Source of the DNA: Acidobacteriota bacterium
GTDB taxonomy: Bacteria > Acidobacteriota > CAIWXX01
DNA: 64,000 nt
Assembly (NCBI GenBank): GCA_040755995.1
Contig: JBFMAF010000010.1
Coordinates: forward strand, 288,001-352,000
Reading direction: 5' to 3'
Below, piece after piece: positions 30,618 through 40,546 of this stretch. The first letter of the stretch is position 1. Every line of letters begins with the position of its first letter. Position numbers and translations under genes: made by a program. Below the pieces are notes generated by a model that saw nothing but the letters and a program-made list of their open reading frames with translations, did not search any database and had not been told where the DNA came from.

Positions 30618-30698
30618 CACAAGAAACACCTTTCGATTCTCCCGGCTATCTCGTTGAGTCTCAAGCTGGCTGCACCTGGGCACAGTCCAGCAACCATC

Positions 30699-30714
30699 TG
30701 GCATGATTCGTGAG
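30699..30714 (+). promoter_or_regulatory. Sigma54-like promoter TGGCATGATTCGTGAG (non-consensus -12)
   Basis: TGGCAT at -24 and TGA instead of TGC at -12; 111 bp from the aligned UAS start, as at 21707. Confidence 0.5.
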
Positions 30715-30767
30715 AGATACGGACGCCTGGGAACTCCGTGAAATCTGTTAGAGGGAGGACAGACAGC

Positions 30768-32186
30768 ATGTGCGCAAGGTTGGTTCGAAGAGGGATTCAC
30801 TGCCTGTTTCTGGCCATAACGCTGGCGGCCCCCTGTGCCGCTGCCAGCAGCGGAGTCCGTTTGTCGGCGATGGACATACTCGTCACACCACCCGGGTTTG
30901 ACGATATCGGTGATGTGCTCGTGCAGCAGTTCGGGTGGCAGCAGGGTGTGGCATGGACCGAGATCCCGACCTCGTCCCTTGGGAACTACGATGCAATCAA
31001 GAACGCGAAGGTCATCTTCATCAACTGCTCCACGCTGTCCGTGGAGCCGGGGGCAGCGACTGCGTTGCGCCAATTCGTGAGTGCCGGTGGAGCCCTTTAC
31101 GCGTCTGACTGGGCCTATCGCTACATTCAGGACGGCTTTCCAGGATACCTGCAATTTCACGGAAGCCTCCCCACAGTTGGACCGGCAGGGCAGGTAGTGG
31201 CCCAGATCGTGGATCAAGGACTTCGCAACTACATCTACGGATCGTCGCCCGCAAGCACGATGATTCTCGATTTTGACCTGTCCTGGTGGGCAGTGCTGGA
31301 TCGCGCCCTGCGCTCGGATGTCTCGATTCTGCTACAGGGAGACATACCGGTGGCTCAGCGAAGTTCTGCATACCCCGCCACCGAGTCCTCATGGCGAAGG
31401 GCGGGCAGGACCTATTCGGAAAGCCAAGGGCTGACGTCGATGACTACCCATCCGCTGGCGGTGACGTTCCCGTATGGGGCTGGCAGGGTCGTGTACACAA
31501 GCTTCCACAACGAAGCCCAGACCGGGCCCGAGGAAAAGCGACTCATCGAGTACCTCGTCCTTGTTCCATATACAACACAGCTTCAGAACAGCCTCAACCA
31601 AGCCTTCGGCTCCAGAGGTCTGTCCACCGTCCGCACTGACCTGAACATGATAGACAGAGGATCCGAGGTGACGGGCACCTTTTATGACGTCACTGCTGGT
31701 GTGAATGCTGGGATTGGGCTCGCATGGGCCGGGAGCACCATGCGCCTGAGCGTCTACAGGCCTGACGGCTCGCCATACGCCGAGCAGACGGCCAGTACCT
31801 CGCCCGTGATCGTGACGATAGCGAAAGCCGATGCTTCGGGCGGCTCGTGGTCCTATCGCGTTGCCGCGGTGGATATCCCAAGCGACAGGTATCCGTTCGT
31901 CGTCGGCATCGGCACTGATGCGGCGAGCGGCGGGCCGCAGATAACGAAGATACAGTGCAGAAGGGCTACACCAGGGAGTCCGGCCACGATCAGGGGAACG
32001 GGCTTCTCAGCGACGCCTGGAAACAACACCGTGAAATTCGGAAGATACAAGGCCGCCATCAAGAAGGCCTCGCAGACGAAACTCTCGGTGACGATCCCAA
32101 CCAAGTGCAAGCGGGGAACGACCTACTCCGTTACGGTCACAGTCGGCGGGAAGACGAGCAATCCGTGGTCGTTCACTGTGGAATAG
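30768..32186 (+). CDS. Secreted protein: GATase-like N-domain, beta domain, Lys-rich C-terminal IPT/TIG
   Basis: GGAGG RBS; signal peptide; VIFINC..LRQFVSAGGALYASDWAY, GAGRVVYTSFHNE; C-terminal IRGTGF..TVKFG..SNPWSFTVE. Confidence 0.8.
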   Translation: MCARLVRRGIHCLFLAITLAAPCAAASSGVRLSAMDILVTPPGFDDIGDVLVQQFGWQQGVAWTEIPTSSLGNYDAIKNAKVIFINCSTLSVEPGAATALRQFVSAGGALYASDWAYRYIQDGFPGYLQFHGSLPTVGPAGQVVAQIVDQGLRNYIYGSSPASTMILDFDLSWWAVLDRALRSDVSILLQGDIPVAQRSSAYPATESSWRRAGRTYSESQGLTSMTTHPLAVTFPYGAGRVVYTSFHNEAQTGPEEKRLIEYLVLVPYTTQLQNSLNQAFGSRGLSTVRTDLNMIDRGSEVTGTFYDVTAGVNAGIGLAWAGSTMRLSVYRPDGSPYAEQTASTSPVIVTIAKADASGGSWSYRVAAVDIPSDRYPFVVGIGTDAASGGPQITKIQCRRATPGSPATIRGTGFSATPGNNTVKFGRYKAAIKKASQTKLSVTIPTKCKRGTTYSVTVTVGGKTSNPWSFTVE

Positions 32187-32341
32187 ATCTCGTTCTCCCG
32201 GATTCCGGCCGTCGTCGGACCGCTGGTCTACGTGTTCGACGTGAGGGGAGACGCTCTCAGCATGACAGCGGCAGATTCTTCTGTGCTCAAGTACAAGCGA
32301 GATGGACCCGAACACTCGGCCCCAGACAAGGAGGACAAACC

Positions 32342-32826
32342 GTGAAGACGATCATGACAATCTTGGTGTCATTCTATTGGCTCCTGATCTCGGTTCCCGT
32401 TGGGGCCCAGCCGGTTTCCCAGGCGAATGATCAGATCCAGATAGAGGCCCGCCCGGAGCTGGGAGACAAGTATTTCCCGCTGATCTTGCAAGTAGTACTC
32501 AGCGGAGCCACGGGTGGTTCAGCGTGGCGGAGTACCCTAAGCACTACAGAGCCGAAGGAAGGAGAGTTCATAAGGCTGAATGGAGGGACGCCTCTTTGGC
32601 TTGGGTTTCCAGACCCCTCCTTCCACAAGAACTCAGTATTGATATCGATCACAACACGGGGCAAATACGAGGCATGAAGGCAACGTGGCAGGGATATGAG
32701 GCGGAGCACGTCTTCTTCGGAGACGTGCTGTTCCTCGATCATCAATTCCATAGCGACCCAGCGTTTCCACTGTCGTTCAGACTGACCACGGAGAAATGCG
32801 ACTACGACGAATGTAGTAAAGCGTGA
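32342..32826 (+). pseudogene. Probable frameshifted secreted-protein gene
   Basis: AAGGAGG RBS, GTG start and signal peptide; frame stops at 32677 while an overlapping frame continues to 32826. Confidence 0.4.
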
Positions 32827-32884
32827 GCTCACGTCAGAACTCCTCTCCGAGGATCGGGTCTATACAGCTCCTCGTCAATAGAAA

Positions 32885-32990
32885 GTGAACGTCCCCACCG
32901 TCGTGGACGTCGCCGTGATCGTCCCTGTGGAGCACGGCGACGACGACCGCGACGTCAACTGCTACGTCAACGGCAACGGCAACATTCAAG
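32885..32990. repeat. Low-complexity GTC/GAC/AAC hexamer tract with a 10-bp inverted repeat
   Basis: CGTCGCCGTG (32908-32917) pairs with CACGGCGACG (32933-32942); GTCAAC/GGCAAC runs follow. Confidence 0.55.
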
Positions 32991-33305
32991 GTTGTCGGCT
33001 TAGTGAGACCGAGCAGACCGGGACAAACCCCACAAATTGTAGCCGCACCCGGTGAGGGGGCGAGGGGGCGAGGGCGACTCGATTGACCGACAGACCGAGG
33101 CTCGGTATCATCGCCGCACAGGGGAGAGCGCGAGACGATGCGGATACTGGGCCGCGATGCCGCGCTGTTGGCGAGTGGAGCCATGAGGACGTTGCGAAGG
33201 TGAAAGCCTCGGAGAGGACTGTCGGTCGGGCCATGTCAGGCTTCACAGTATGCTGGACGGGACGAAACCGATCCCTCCGCCATACGATCCGATGAGGGGA
33301 CGCAC

Positions 33306-35303
33306 TTGAGGTCGCTCGATAATCTCTGCCCCGGCTGCTTTTCCGAGAAGGCGGCAGCGGTCGTCTGCCCGGGCTGCGGCTGCGACGAGTCGCTGACCCG
33401 CTCCAGGCTGTTTCTTCCATACAGGACTGTCCTTCACCGGCAGTATGTGATCGGCAGAGGGCTCGGCAATCCGGGCAGTTTCGGCATCACCTACCTGGCG
33501 TGGGATCTCCACCTCGACACGCCCGTGGCGGTCAAGGAATTCGCCCCGCGGGCGCTTGTCGAGCGCGGCGAGGATGGAGCCACGGTCCGACCCATCTCCG
33601 CCGTCGATGCCGAACGCTACCGCGAGGGGCTGCGGCTCTTTCTCCAGGAGGCGCGAGTCCTGGCCAGGCTGGATCACTCCAATGTCGTGCGGGTGCGAAC
33701 GTTCTTCGAGGAGAACAGCACGGCCTACATCGTGATGGACTACGTGCGCGGCGCCTCGCTCGCAGAGCGCCTGGCTCAATGCGGCGGACGCATGGAGCAA
33801 CGCCAGGCGCTGGGCATCCTTCTATCGGCCCTGGATGGGTTGGGCGAAGTCCATGCGAAGGGGTTTCTCCATCGGGATGTGAACCCGTGGAACATCTGTC
33901 TACGCCAGGACGGCGCACCAGTGCTGCTCGACTTCGGCGCGGCGCGGCAGTCGATGGGAGAGCAGACTGGAAGCCCGTCGGTCATATTCACACCGGGATT
34001 CGCTGCATTCGAACAGTACCACTCCAAGGGCACGGTCGGTCCGTGGACTGATGTCTATGGAGCCGCGGCGACACTCTACTATCTCCTCACCGGCATCACC
34101 CCGCCCGATGCCCTCGAACGGCACATGAACGACGAGCTCGCACCGCCCCTCAGAACTGATCCCCGGATTCCCGCCAGTCTCAGCCGTGTGATCGTCGAAT
34201 CCCTCTCGATGGACCAGAAAAGGAGACCGCAGTCGGCGACCGAGTTCGCCAGAATGCTCCGGCAGGCCATTCCCAGCGCCTCCAGCCTGGCGTCTCGCAA
34301 GGACCCGTCCAGTTCGACCGCCGGTCTCGACACAGCACGACCGCGGCACAGACTTGGACGGCGATCAATCACATTGTTGTTCTGCTCGGTGATGTTGGCA
34401 GGCGCTGCTGCCTACCTTGCGTATACCCGCTTCGCGGTTCGAGGCGGCCGGAATGCGCCGCGTGCATCGAATGCGCCGACCCAGAACCGGCCGGCCGGCG
34501 AGGGGCGCGACACCACGGCTCCTGCCCTCCACTCCGGCACAGCAGACACTGCAACGGCCCAGCATGTTGGCCGGCACAAGCCCGGTGACATCTGGATCGA
34601 CCCGGCAACCGGCACCACGCTGGCGTGGATACCCCCGGGCAGCTTCACAATGGGATCCAACGACTATCCTGACGAGAAGCCGGTGCACATGGTCACGATA
34701 CCCTACGGATTCTGGATGCAGACCACTGAGGTAACCCAGGGACAGTGGAAGAAGGCAATGGCCACCTCCCCCTGGCTGCTGTTTTCACTGGACTGGATGC
34801 TTCAGTCCGAGGACGCGCCGGCAGTTCAGGTGACATTCAACGATGCCATCCAGTATGCGAAGTGGCTGAACGCCCTGGGTGGGAAGGGATATCGCCTGCC
34901 GTCGGAGGCGGAATGGGAGTACGCTTGCCGCGCGGGGTCACTGGGAAGGTACTCGTTCGGAGATGACGAATCAATCCTGGGTCGATACGAATGGTACGAG
35001 GAGAACGCCGCGAGTGCCGGAGAGAAGTACGCGCACGTCGTGGGAGGCAAGCTGCCCAATGCCTGGGGCCTGTTCGACATGCATGGGAATGCCCTGGAGT
35101 GGTGCTCCGACTGGTATCACCCCAACTATGCCTCCGCGCCGGCCGACGGCAGTTCCTGGGATTCGCCGAAGACGAGCATGCGGGTGCTCCGGGGTGGCAG
35201 CGTCGCCAAGAGCGCTTCCAATTGCCGTGCGGCGAATCGAGGGTCCGAATGTCCTGAGGTTCGGCGCGCGATGATCGGGTTCCGCGTGGTCAGGGCTGAC
35301 TGA
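33306..35303 (+). CDS. Zn-ribbon + Ser/Thr kinase + TM + FGE/SUMF1 domain protein (atypical catalytic loop)
   Basis: CPGC..CPGC; GNPGSFGITY; HRDVNPWN; DFG; AAFEQ; TM; RLPSEAEWEYACRAG, GLFDMHGNALEW, GFRVV. TTG start. Confidence 0.92.
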   Translation: MRSLDNLCPGCFSEKAAAVVCPGCGCDESLTRSRLFLPYRTVLHRQYVIGRGLGNPGSFGITYLAWDLHLDTPVAVKEFAPRALVERGEDGATVRPISAVDAERYREGLRLFLQEARVLARLDHSNVVRVRTFFEENSTAYIVMDYVRGASLAERLAQCGGRMEQRQALGILLSALDGLGEVHAKGFLHRDVNPWNICLRQDGAPVLLDFGAARQSMGEQTGSPSVIFTPGFAAFEQYHSKGTVGPWTDVYGAAATLYYLLTGITPPDALERHMNDELAPPLRTDPRIPASLSRVIVESLSMDQKRRPQSATEFARMLRQAIPSASSLASRKDPSSSTAGLDTARPRHRLGRRSITLLFCSVMLAGAAAYLAYTRFAVRGGRNAPRASNAPTQNRPAGEGRDTTAPALHSGTADTATAQHVGRHKPGDIWIDPATGTTLAWIPPGSFTMGSNDYPDEKPVHMVTIPYGFWMQTTEVTQGQWKKAMATSPWLLFSLDWMLQSEDAPAVQVTFNDAIQYAKWLNALGGKGYRLPSEAEWEYACRAGSLGRYSFGDDESILGRYEWYEENAASAGEKYAHVVGGKLPNAWGLFDMHGNALEWCSDWYHPNYASAPADGSSWDSPKTSMRVLRGGSVAKSASNCRAANRGSECPEVRRAMIGFRVVRAD

Positions 35304-35381
35304 CATGCCCCGCGGCAGATGGCTCGAAGAGGTGGCATGCGAGGATGAACCGCCAACAGACCCGAGTGGACGTTGACAGTC

Positions 35382-37394
35382 ATGAATTCCGACGAAGGCA
35401 TCCGAGCGGACCCGCTTGGTGACCTCTGTCCAGGTTGCTTCCGCAGCAAGGAACGCGCGGTTCCTGCCTGCGCAGCGTGCGGCTACGACGAGTCCGCGCC
35501 ACGCTACAGCCTCCTTCTTCCTTACAGAACGGTCCTGCACAAGCAGTACGTGGTCGGGCGGCTGCTGGGACAGCCCGGTGGGTTCGGCCTCACCTATCTC
35601 GCCTGGGACAGCAAGCTCGACGTGAGGGTCGCGATCAAGGAGTTCTTTCCTCGCGGCATCGCCGAGCGCATCGGCCATGTCACGACCCGGCGGGGCACGA
35701 CGGAGCAGGAGAGGGTCGTCTTTGGCAACGGACTGTCCCTTTTCCTGCAAGAGGCTCGCGCTCTGGCCAGCGTCGACCACCCCAACATAGTCAAGGTGCG
35801 GAACTTCTTCGAGGAGAACGACACGGGCTACATGGTGATGGACTATGTGGATGGCACTCCTCTTTCGGAGTGCCTTCGGCGCCGCGGGCGCCTGGAGGAA
35901 ACAGATGCCATCGGCACGATCACACCGGTTCTGCGCGCGCTGGGCGCCCTGCACGAACTGGGGCTGCTCCACCGCGACATCAAGCCGCAGAATCTCTGCA
36001 TCAGAAACGACGGGCAGCCTGTTCTGCTGGACTTCGGCTCAGCGCGTCTGGCATTTGTCGGGCTCAGCCGCAGCCTGACGGTCCTGTTCACTCCCGGTTT
36101 CGCGCCGTACGAACAGTACCTGCGCAGGGGCCGGCAAGGCCCCTACACAGACATCTATGCCGCTGCCGCGACGCTGTACAACATGCTCACCGGCCGGGTC
36201 CCTCCGGATGCAATCGAGCGCGAGGTTCGAGACGAGCTCATCCCGCCCGCGGAGATCGTGCCCGGACTGAGTATCCGCGTAAGCGATGCTGTAGTGAGGG
36301 CCCTATCCACGGATCCGTTGAAGCGCCCGCAGACCGCCCAGCAATTCCAGGCCATGCTGGCGGCGGAGCTTCCACCAGCTGATCACTCTTCCAACTCGAC
36401 GTCACGTCATGGCATAGCATCCAGCCGGCCGGCGACCATGCAGACCAGGAGGCTGCGTCGCATCAACAGACCCGCCGTGGTCATGTTGGCGGCTCTCGTC
36501 GCAGTGCTCGTATCGTCCGCGGTGTACCTCTACCGGACTGGGCGCTACACGCGTCCTGTGCAGGAGACGGGCCGGACGGCCGCCGCCACGGAGGCTTCGT
36601 CGAATGCGCAAGCCGATACTGACCGTCCGGGTCAGTCACAGAGTGATTCCGGCGGCAGGAGTCGGATCGATCCCACAACCGGGATCGAGCTGGCGTGGAT
36701 TCCGCCAGGAAGCTTCCTCATGGGCTCGAATCGATACGAAGACGAGAAGCCTGTTCACACGGTGACGATTGGCAGGGGATTCTGGATGCAGGTGACCGAG
36801 GTGACACAGCAGCAGTGGAGAGCCGTCATGGGAACTGAACCTTGGGCTACGCAGGGTGGGACTGTCGGCTACGTGAGGGCAGGCGATGACTACCCGGCGG
36901 CCTTCCTCGCGTGGAACGACGTGAAGTCATTCGTGGACGAGCTGAACAGGCGATCGGGCGGTGGATACCGTCTCCCCACGGAGGCCGAATGGGAGTACGC
37001 TTGCCGCGCGGGATCGTCGGCGGAGTACAGCTTCGGCGACGAGAACGGAAGACTGGCCGAGTACGCCTGGTACGAAGAGAACGCCGACAATGTCGGCGAG
37101 GAATACCCGCACAGGGTCGGCCTGAAGCGTCCCAATGCATGGGGACTCTACGACATGCACGGCAACATGTTCGAATGGTGTGAGGACACGTACCACGCCG
37201 GTTACGAAGGAGCTCCAGCAGATGGTCGAGCGTGGACCACACAGCCCGGCAGCCAGATCGTGGTTCGCGGAGGATGCTGGGCCTACAATGCGGCTGCGTG
37301 CATGTCGGCCAGCCGTGACGAGACATCAGCCCTGAGTTACGGGAGCCTCATCGGATTCCGCGTTGTGAAGGACGCGCAGGCAACGGCGCCCTGA
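35382..37394 (+). CDS. Zn-ribbon + Ser/Thr kinase + TM + FGE/SUMF1 domain protein (canonical catalytic loop)
   Basis: CPGC..CAAC; GQPGGFGLTY; VAIKE; HRDIKPQN; DFG; APYEQ; TM; RLPTEAEWEYACRAG. Confidence 0.93.
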   Translation: MNSDEGIRADPLGDLCPGCFRSKERAVPACAACGYDESAPRYSLLLPYRTVLHKQYVVGRLLGQPGGFGLTYLAWDSKLDVRVAIKEFFPRGIAERIGHVTTRRGTTEQERVVFGNGLSLFLQEARALASVDHPNIVKVRNFFEENDTGYMVMDYVDGTPLSECLRRRGRLEETDAIGTITPVLRALGALHELGLLHRDIKPQNLCIRNDGQPVLLDFGSARLAFVGLSRSLTVLFTPGFAPYEQYLRRGRQGPYTDIYAAAATLYNMLTGRVPPDAIEREVRDELIPPAEIVPGLSIRVSDAVVRALSTDPLKRPQTAQQFQAMLAAELPPADHSSNSTSRHGIASSRPATMQTRRLRRINRPAVVMLAALVAVLVSSAVYLYRTGRYTRPVQETGRTAAATEASSNAQADTDRPGQSQSDSGGRSRIDPTTGIELAWIPPGSFLMGSNRYEDEKPVHTVTIGRGFWMQVTEVTQQQWRAVMGTEPWATQGGTVGYVRAGDDYPAAFLAWNDVKSFVDELNRRSGGGYRLPTEAEWEYACRAGSSAEYSFGDENGRLAEYAWYEENADNVGEEYPHRVGLKRPNAWGLYDMHGNMFEWCEDTYHAGYEGAPADGRAWTTQPGSQIVVRGGCWAYNAAACMSASRDETSALSYGSLIGFRVVKDAQATAP

Positions 37395-37498
37395 ATCCGC
37401 AGCGCGTCGTCATAGGTGCGGCACGTAGGCTGGTTCACGATTCTGGAGCTGGGGTTCATTCGTGGAAACCCTGGCGCGAATCGATACGGAGATGATCC

Positions 37499-38374
37499 TC
37501 ATCCTCCGCTTGAATCGCGGGCATCATGAGTTGGAGTTGGATTGACAGACTGGAGTTCCTGTTGCATTCCGAAGAAGCGCCTCCTCATGGCGCCCACCAT
37601 GATCAAGGCTGCTACCCACAGTGCGACGGTGGAACAATTGGAAAGTAGTGCGTTGCCTTTCATGGACGGGGCTATGGCCGGGAAGATGATCTCGCTGTAT
37701 GTGTTGATCGAGGAATGAAACACCAATGCCGCAAGGAGACTGCCCTTCGTGCCGAGATACACCCCCGTGAACAGGAATGCGCAAGGGATGACGGTCAGAC
37801 CGAAATCCACGATCGATGCATCTTTCTGAGCAGCGCCTTCAAGGTATAGGAGTGGAAAGTGCCAGGCCGTCCAGATCAATCCTATCGTCACCGACGCGAT
37901 CACAGGGGTCATACTCTTGTGCAGAATCGGTTGAAGAACACCACGCCAGCCCGGCTCTTCTCCCAGCGGTCCACCCAGGATCAAGATGACGAGGAAATAC
38001 AGGAGAAACAAGAGGATGTGTTTCAATCCCGGCGTGTGAATGTCAGGTAGGGGATTGCCCATCAGGATGAAGATCCCTAGTGTAAGGATGGACACGAGCA
38101 CCATTCCGAAGAGACAGAACCCCCACCAGAACCAACCGATCCTGGCCGCGATCATCGACCGAAGGAGCACCCGGATCGATCCCTTCTCCCCCGCGAGAGT
38201 CAACATCAAGAGCGCTCCGACCAACGGCCCGAATGAGCCGATCCAGTTGGTGGGGAACTTGAAAGGAAGCATATTGTGCTGAGACAGAATCATCAGCGTC
38301 CACAACCCCCAGGAGAACCCGAAGGCTCCAACGAGGAACACGACAACCGGATGCTGACGAATCCACTGTTTCAC
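37499..38374 (-). CDS. CPBP/CAAX-family intramembrane glutamic protease (Abi)
   Basis: GEEPGWRG, IWTAWHFP, FHSSIN motifs; about 8 TM segments; visibly lower GC than flanks. Confidence 0.9.
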   Translation of the reverse strand: MKQWIRQHPVVVFLVGAFGFSWGLWTLMILSQHNMLPFKFPTNWIGSFGPLVGALLMLTLAGEKGSIRVLLRSMIAARIGWFWWGFCLFGMVLVSILTLGIFILMGNPLPDIHTPGLKHILLFLLYFLVILILGGPLGEEPGWRGVLQPILHKSMTPVIASVTIGLIWTAWHFPLLYLEGAAQKDASIVDFGLTVIPCAFLFTGVYLGTKGSLLAALVFHSSINTYSEIIFPAIAPSMKGNALLSNCSTVALWVAALIMVGAMRRRFFGMQQELQSVNPTPTHDARDSSGG

Positions 38375-38672
38375 ACAATCACCTTCTCTTCCAACCACGA
38401 ATCGGTCAAGCCGGACATTTCAATCAGTCACTATACGATCAACAATAAGAAGAAGTTCTCGAGTCCGTGAAACAGCTCTTCTTCATCGCTACGCCGTTCC
38501 TGCCGGAGCATCATCCGGCGCTCGCCGTCAGTTCGCCTGCCGCAGTTCTGTGCCGGAGGGGAGTCGCTGCATATGGCGGCACAAACTGACTTCAGGCATC
38601 AGCGATGCTTCACGGTCTTCACGAATACACTTAGGGCCATCCAGCTCGTCGTCGTTGCGATTCTATTGCGCA

Positions 38673-40451
38673 TTACTCCGCCGTGGCATCTTCCTGAGGA
38701 GCAACGGCACCAGGGTTCCCCCCACTGGCTCCATGAGACGGCAAGAGTGACTTGGACCCGGCGTGCAGCGGAAGTACCGTCTGCTCGATGAGGCGTGTCT
38801 TCGCGGTCGTCGGGGATGCAGCTGAAGGCACGCCGCAGTCCACGATCTCGTAGAGCCCCACAGATATCTCGCCTCCGCTCGTCACACCGGACAAAAAGCT
38901 GTGGCACCTGTTCGGAGCGAGTATCGTGCTGGGAGTCCACGTGCCGTTGAAGCTGCCGGCGCAGGTGGTTGAGAGCGTCCAGTAGAGAGTCACCTTTCCC
39001 GGTGTCGCTTCAGCATAGCCTTCCCACGTGGCGGGTGTGCTGCCGTCTGTCTTGACCGAGCTTCTGCTCACACCGGCAACCGTCCCAGTGAACGTGGTTG
39101 AGCCGGAAGGGGTGCAGTAGACCGTGTTGTAGATGCCCCACTGGGTCATGCATTTCCCAGCTGAAGGCAGCGAGAGCGCCACGAGGCCGCCATCGTCCTC
39201 ACTCCCCCATGCGTAGATGGTGTCGTTCCCTATCGCGACCTGCGCGCTTTCGTGGACCTCCCTGCCGAGGTCGTACGAGAAGAGCAGCTTGCCCGTCGCC
39301 TCATTGAGCGCGTATACGTAAGTGCCGGCCTGGAAGTAGACGACGCCATTCGCGACCGAAGGGTTGCGAATCGTGGAGACTCCCGAGTAGCTCCAGATCT
39401 CCTTGCCGGTCTTCGCATCGAGCGCGTATAGAAGCGTGTCGGCAGGCACATAGACCCGCTTCCGTTTGGTGTTGCAGGCGAAGGCTCCGGTCATCGACCT
39501 GCCCCACAGGTCCGCTTTCCAGAGGATCTTCCGGGAACTCACTTTGTAGGCCGCTACGAGTCCCTTGCCCCAGTCTTCGTACTCGACAAGCAGGATGTCT
39601 CCACAGAGGCAATAGCGGTCTGGTTCCCAGTAGAGGCCCGTCGGGTCATCGTCTGGGGTGTCGTATGTGATTTCCACCTTCTTGCTCGACGCGTTCAGGC
39701 GCATCATGTGCTCAGGCCCGCTAGCGTCCTCGAGTTCCGCCCGCGCGAACAGCCAGTTCCCCTTCAAGAGGACGTACGGACCGGAAAAGCCGATGCCGTC
39801 GTTCTCCTTGCTCAGGTACCAAAGGACTTTGCCAGTGGACTTGCTCAGTGCATAGAGCCGGCCAGCCCCCTCGAAGAAGGTGTTCTCGACCACGTAGATG
39901 GTCTTCTTGGCTTCATCGACAGATGGAACGCAATTCGCGGCCTGGTTGCTCGAGAAATCGAAGACCGGCTGGGCCGTCCAGATCTGTTTCCCGTTGCGTC
40001 CGACAGCCGCCAGGCTCGTCGTCGTCATGTCGTTGATGAAGTAGAAGAGGACCCCGTCAAGAGAGAGCGCGGGCTGTGAGGCTTGCCAGAAGCTCGCGTC
40101 GCCATACTCCCAGTCGATGGTGCCGCAGCTATCAACCGCCAGGAGTGGATTTTCGGGAACTGTCGCGTATACGACGCCTTTGTAGTGGGCCGGTGAACCC
40201 TTCGAATCGAAGGCTGGCTTATCGTCGCAGAAAAGTCCCCACTTCCGCTTGAGCAGGCGCACGTTGGACGGGCTGATCTTCGTCTTGCCGGGGTAGAACG
40301 ACGTGTACTGGTCATCGTAGCCGAAGTGCGGCCAATCGACGGCATCGACAGGGAGAACGCCGAGAATAGCTGCAACGAACGGCGCTCCAACCCAGCGCAA
40401 CGCCGGTCGCAGGGACCGCGCCACCATTGCAGCCGCCCTGAAAAGAATCAT
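38673..40451 (-). CDS. Secreted PQQ-type beta-propeller protein with Cys-containing C-terminal domain
   Basis: GGAGG RBS; DWPHFGYD, LYALDAKTGKEIWSY, YALNEATGKLLF repeats. Confidence 0.85.
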   Translation of the reverse strand: MILFRAAAMVARSLRPALRWVGAPFVAAILGVLPVDAVDWPHFGYDDQYTSFYPGKTKISPSNVRLLKRKWGLFCDDKPAFDSKGSPAHYKGVVYATVPENPLLAVDSCGTIDWEYGDASFWQASQPALSLDGVLFYFINDMTTTSLAAVGRNGKQIWTAQPVFDFSSNQAANCVPSVDEAKKTIYVVENTFFEGAGRLYALSKSTGKVLWYLSKENDGIGFSGPYVLLKGNWLFARAELEDASGPEHMMRLNASSKKVEITYDTPDDDPTGLYWEPDRYCLCGDILLVEYEDWGKGLVAAYKVSSRKILWKADLWGRSMTGAFACNTKRKRVYVPADTLLYALDAKTGKEIWSYSGVSTIRNPSVANGVVYFQAGTYVYALNEATGKLLFSYDLGREVHESAQVAIGNDTIYAWGSEDDGGLVALSLPSAGKCMTQWGIYNTVYCTPSGSTTFTGTVAGVSRSSVKTDGSTPATWEGYAEATPGKVTLYWTLSTTCAGSFNGTWTPSTILAPNRCHSFLSGVTSGGEISVGLYEIVDCGVPSAASPTTAKTRLIEQTVLPLHAGSKSLLPSHGASGGNPGAVAPQEDATAE

Positions 40452-40546
40452 CGCCTGCCTCCTCTCAGCCGATCGAGTGAATGTTCAGCGCCGATGAAGT
40501 GCCGGCGGGATAGTGGCATTGGCACATGACAAGCCGCCCGTGACGC

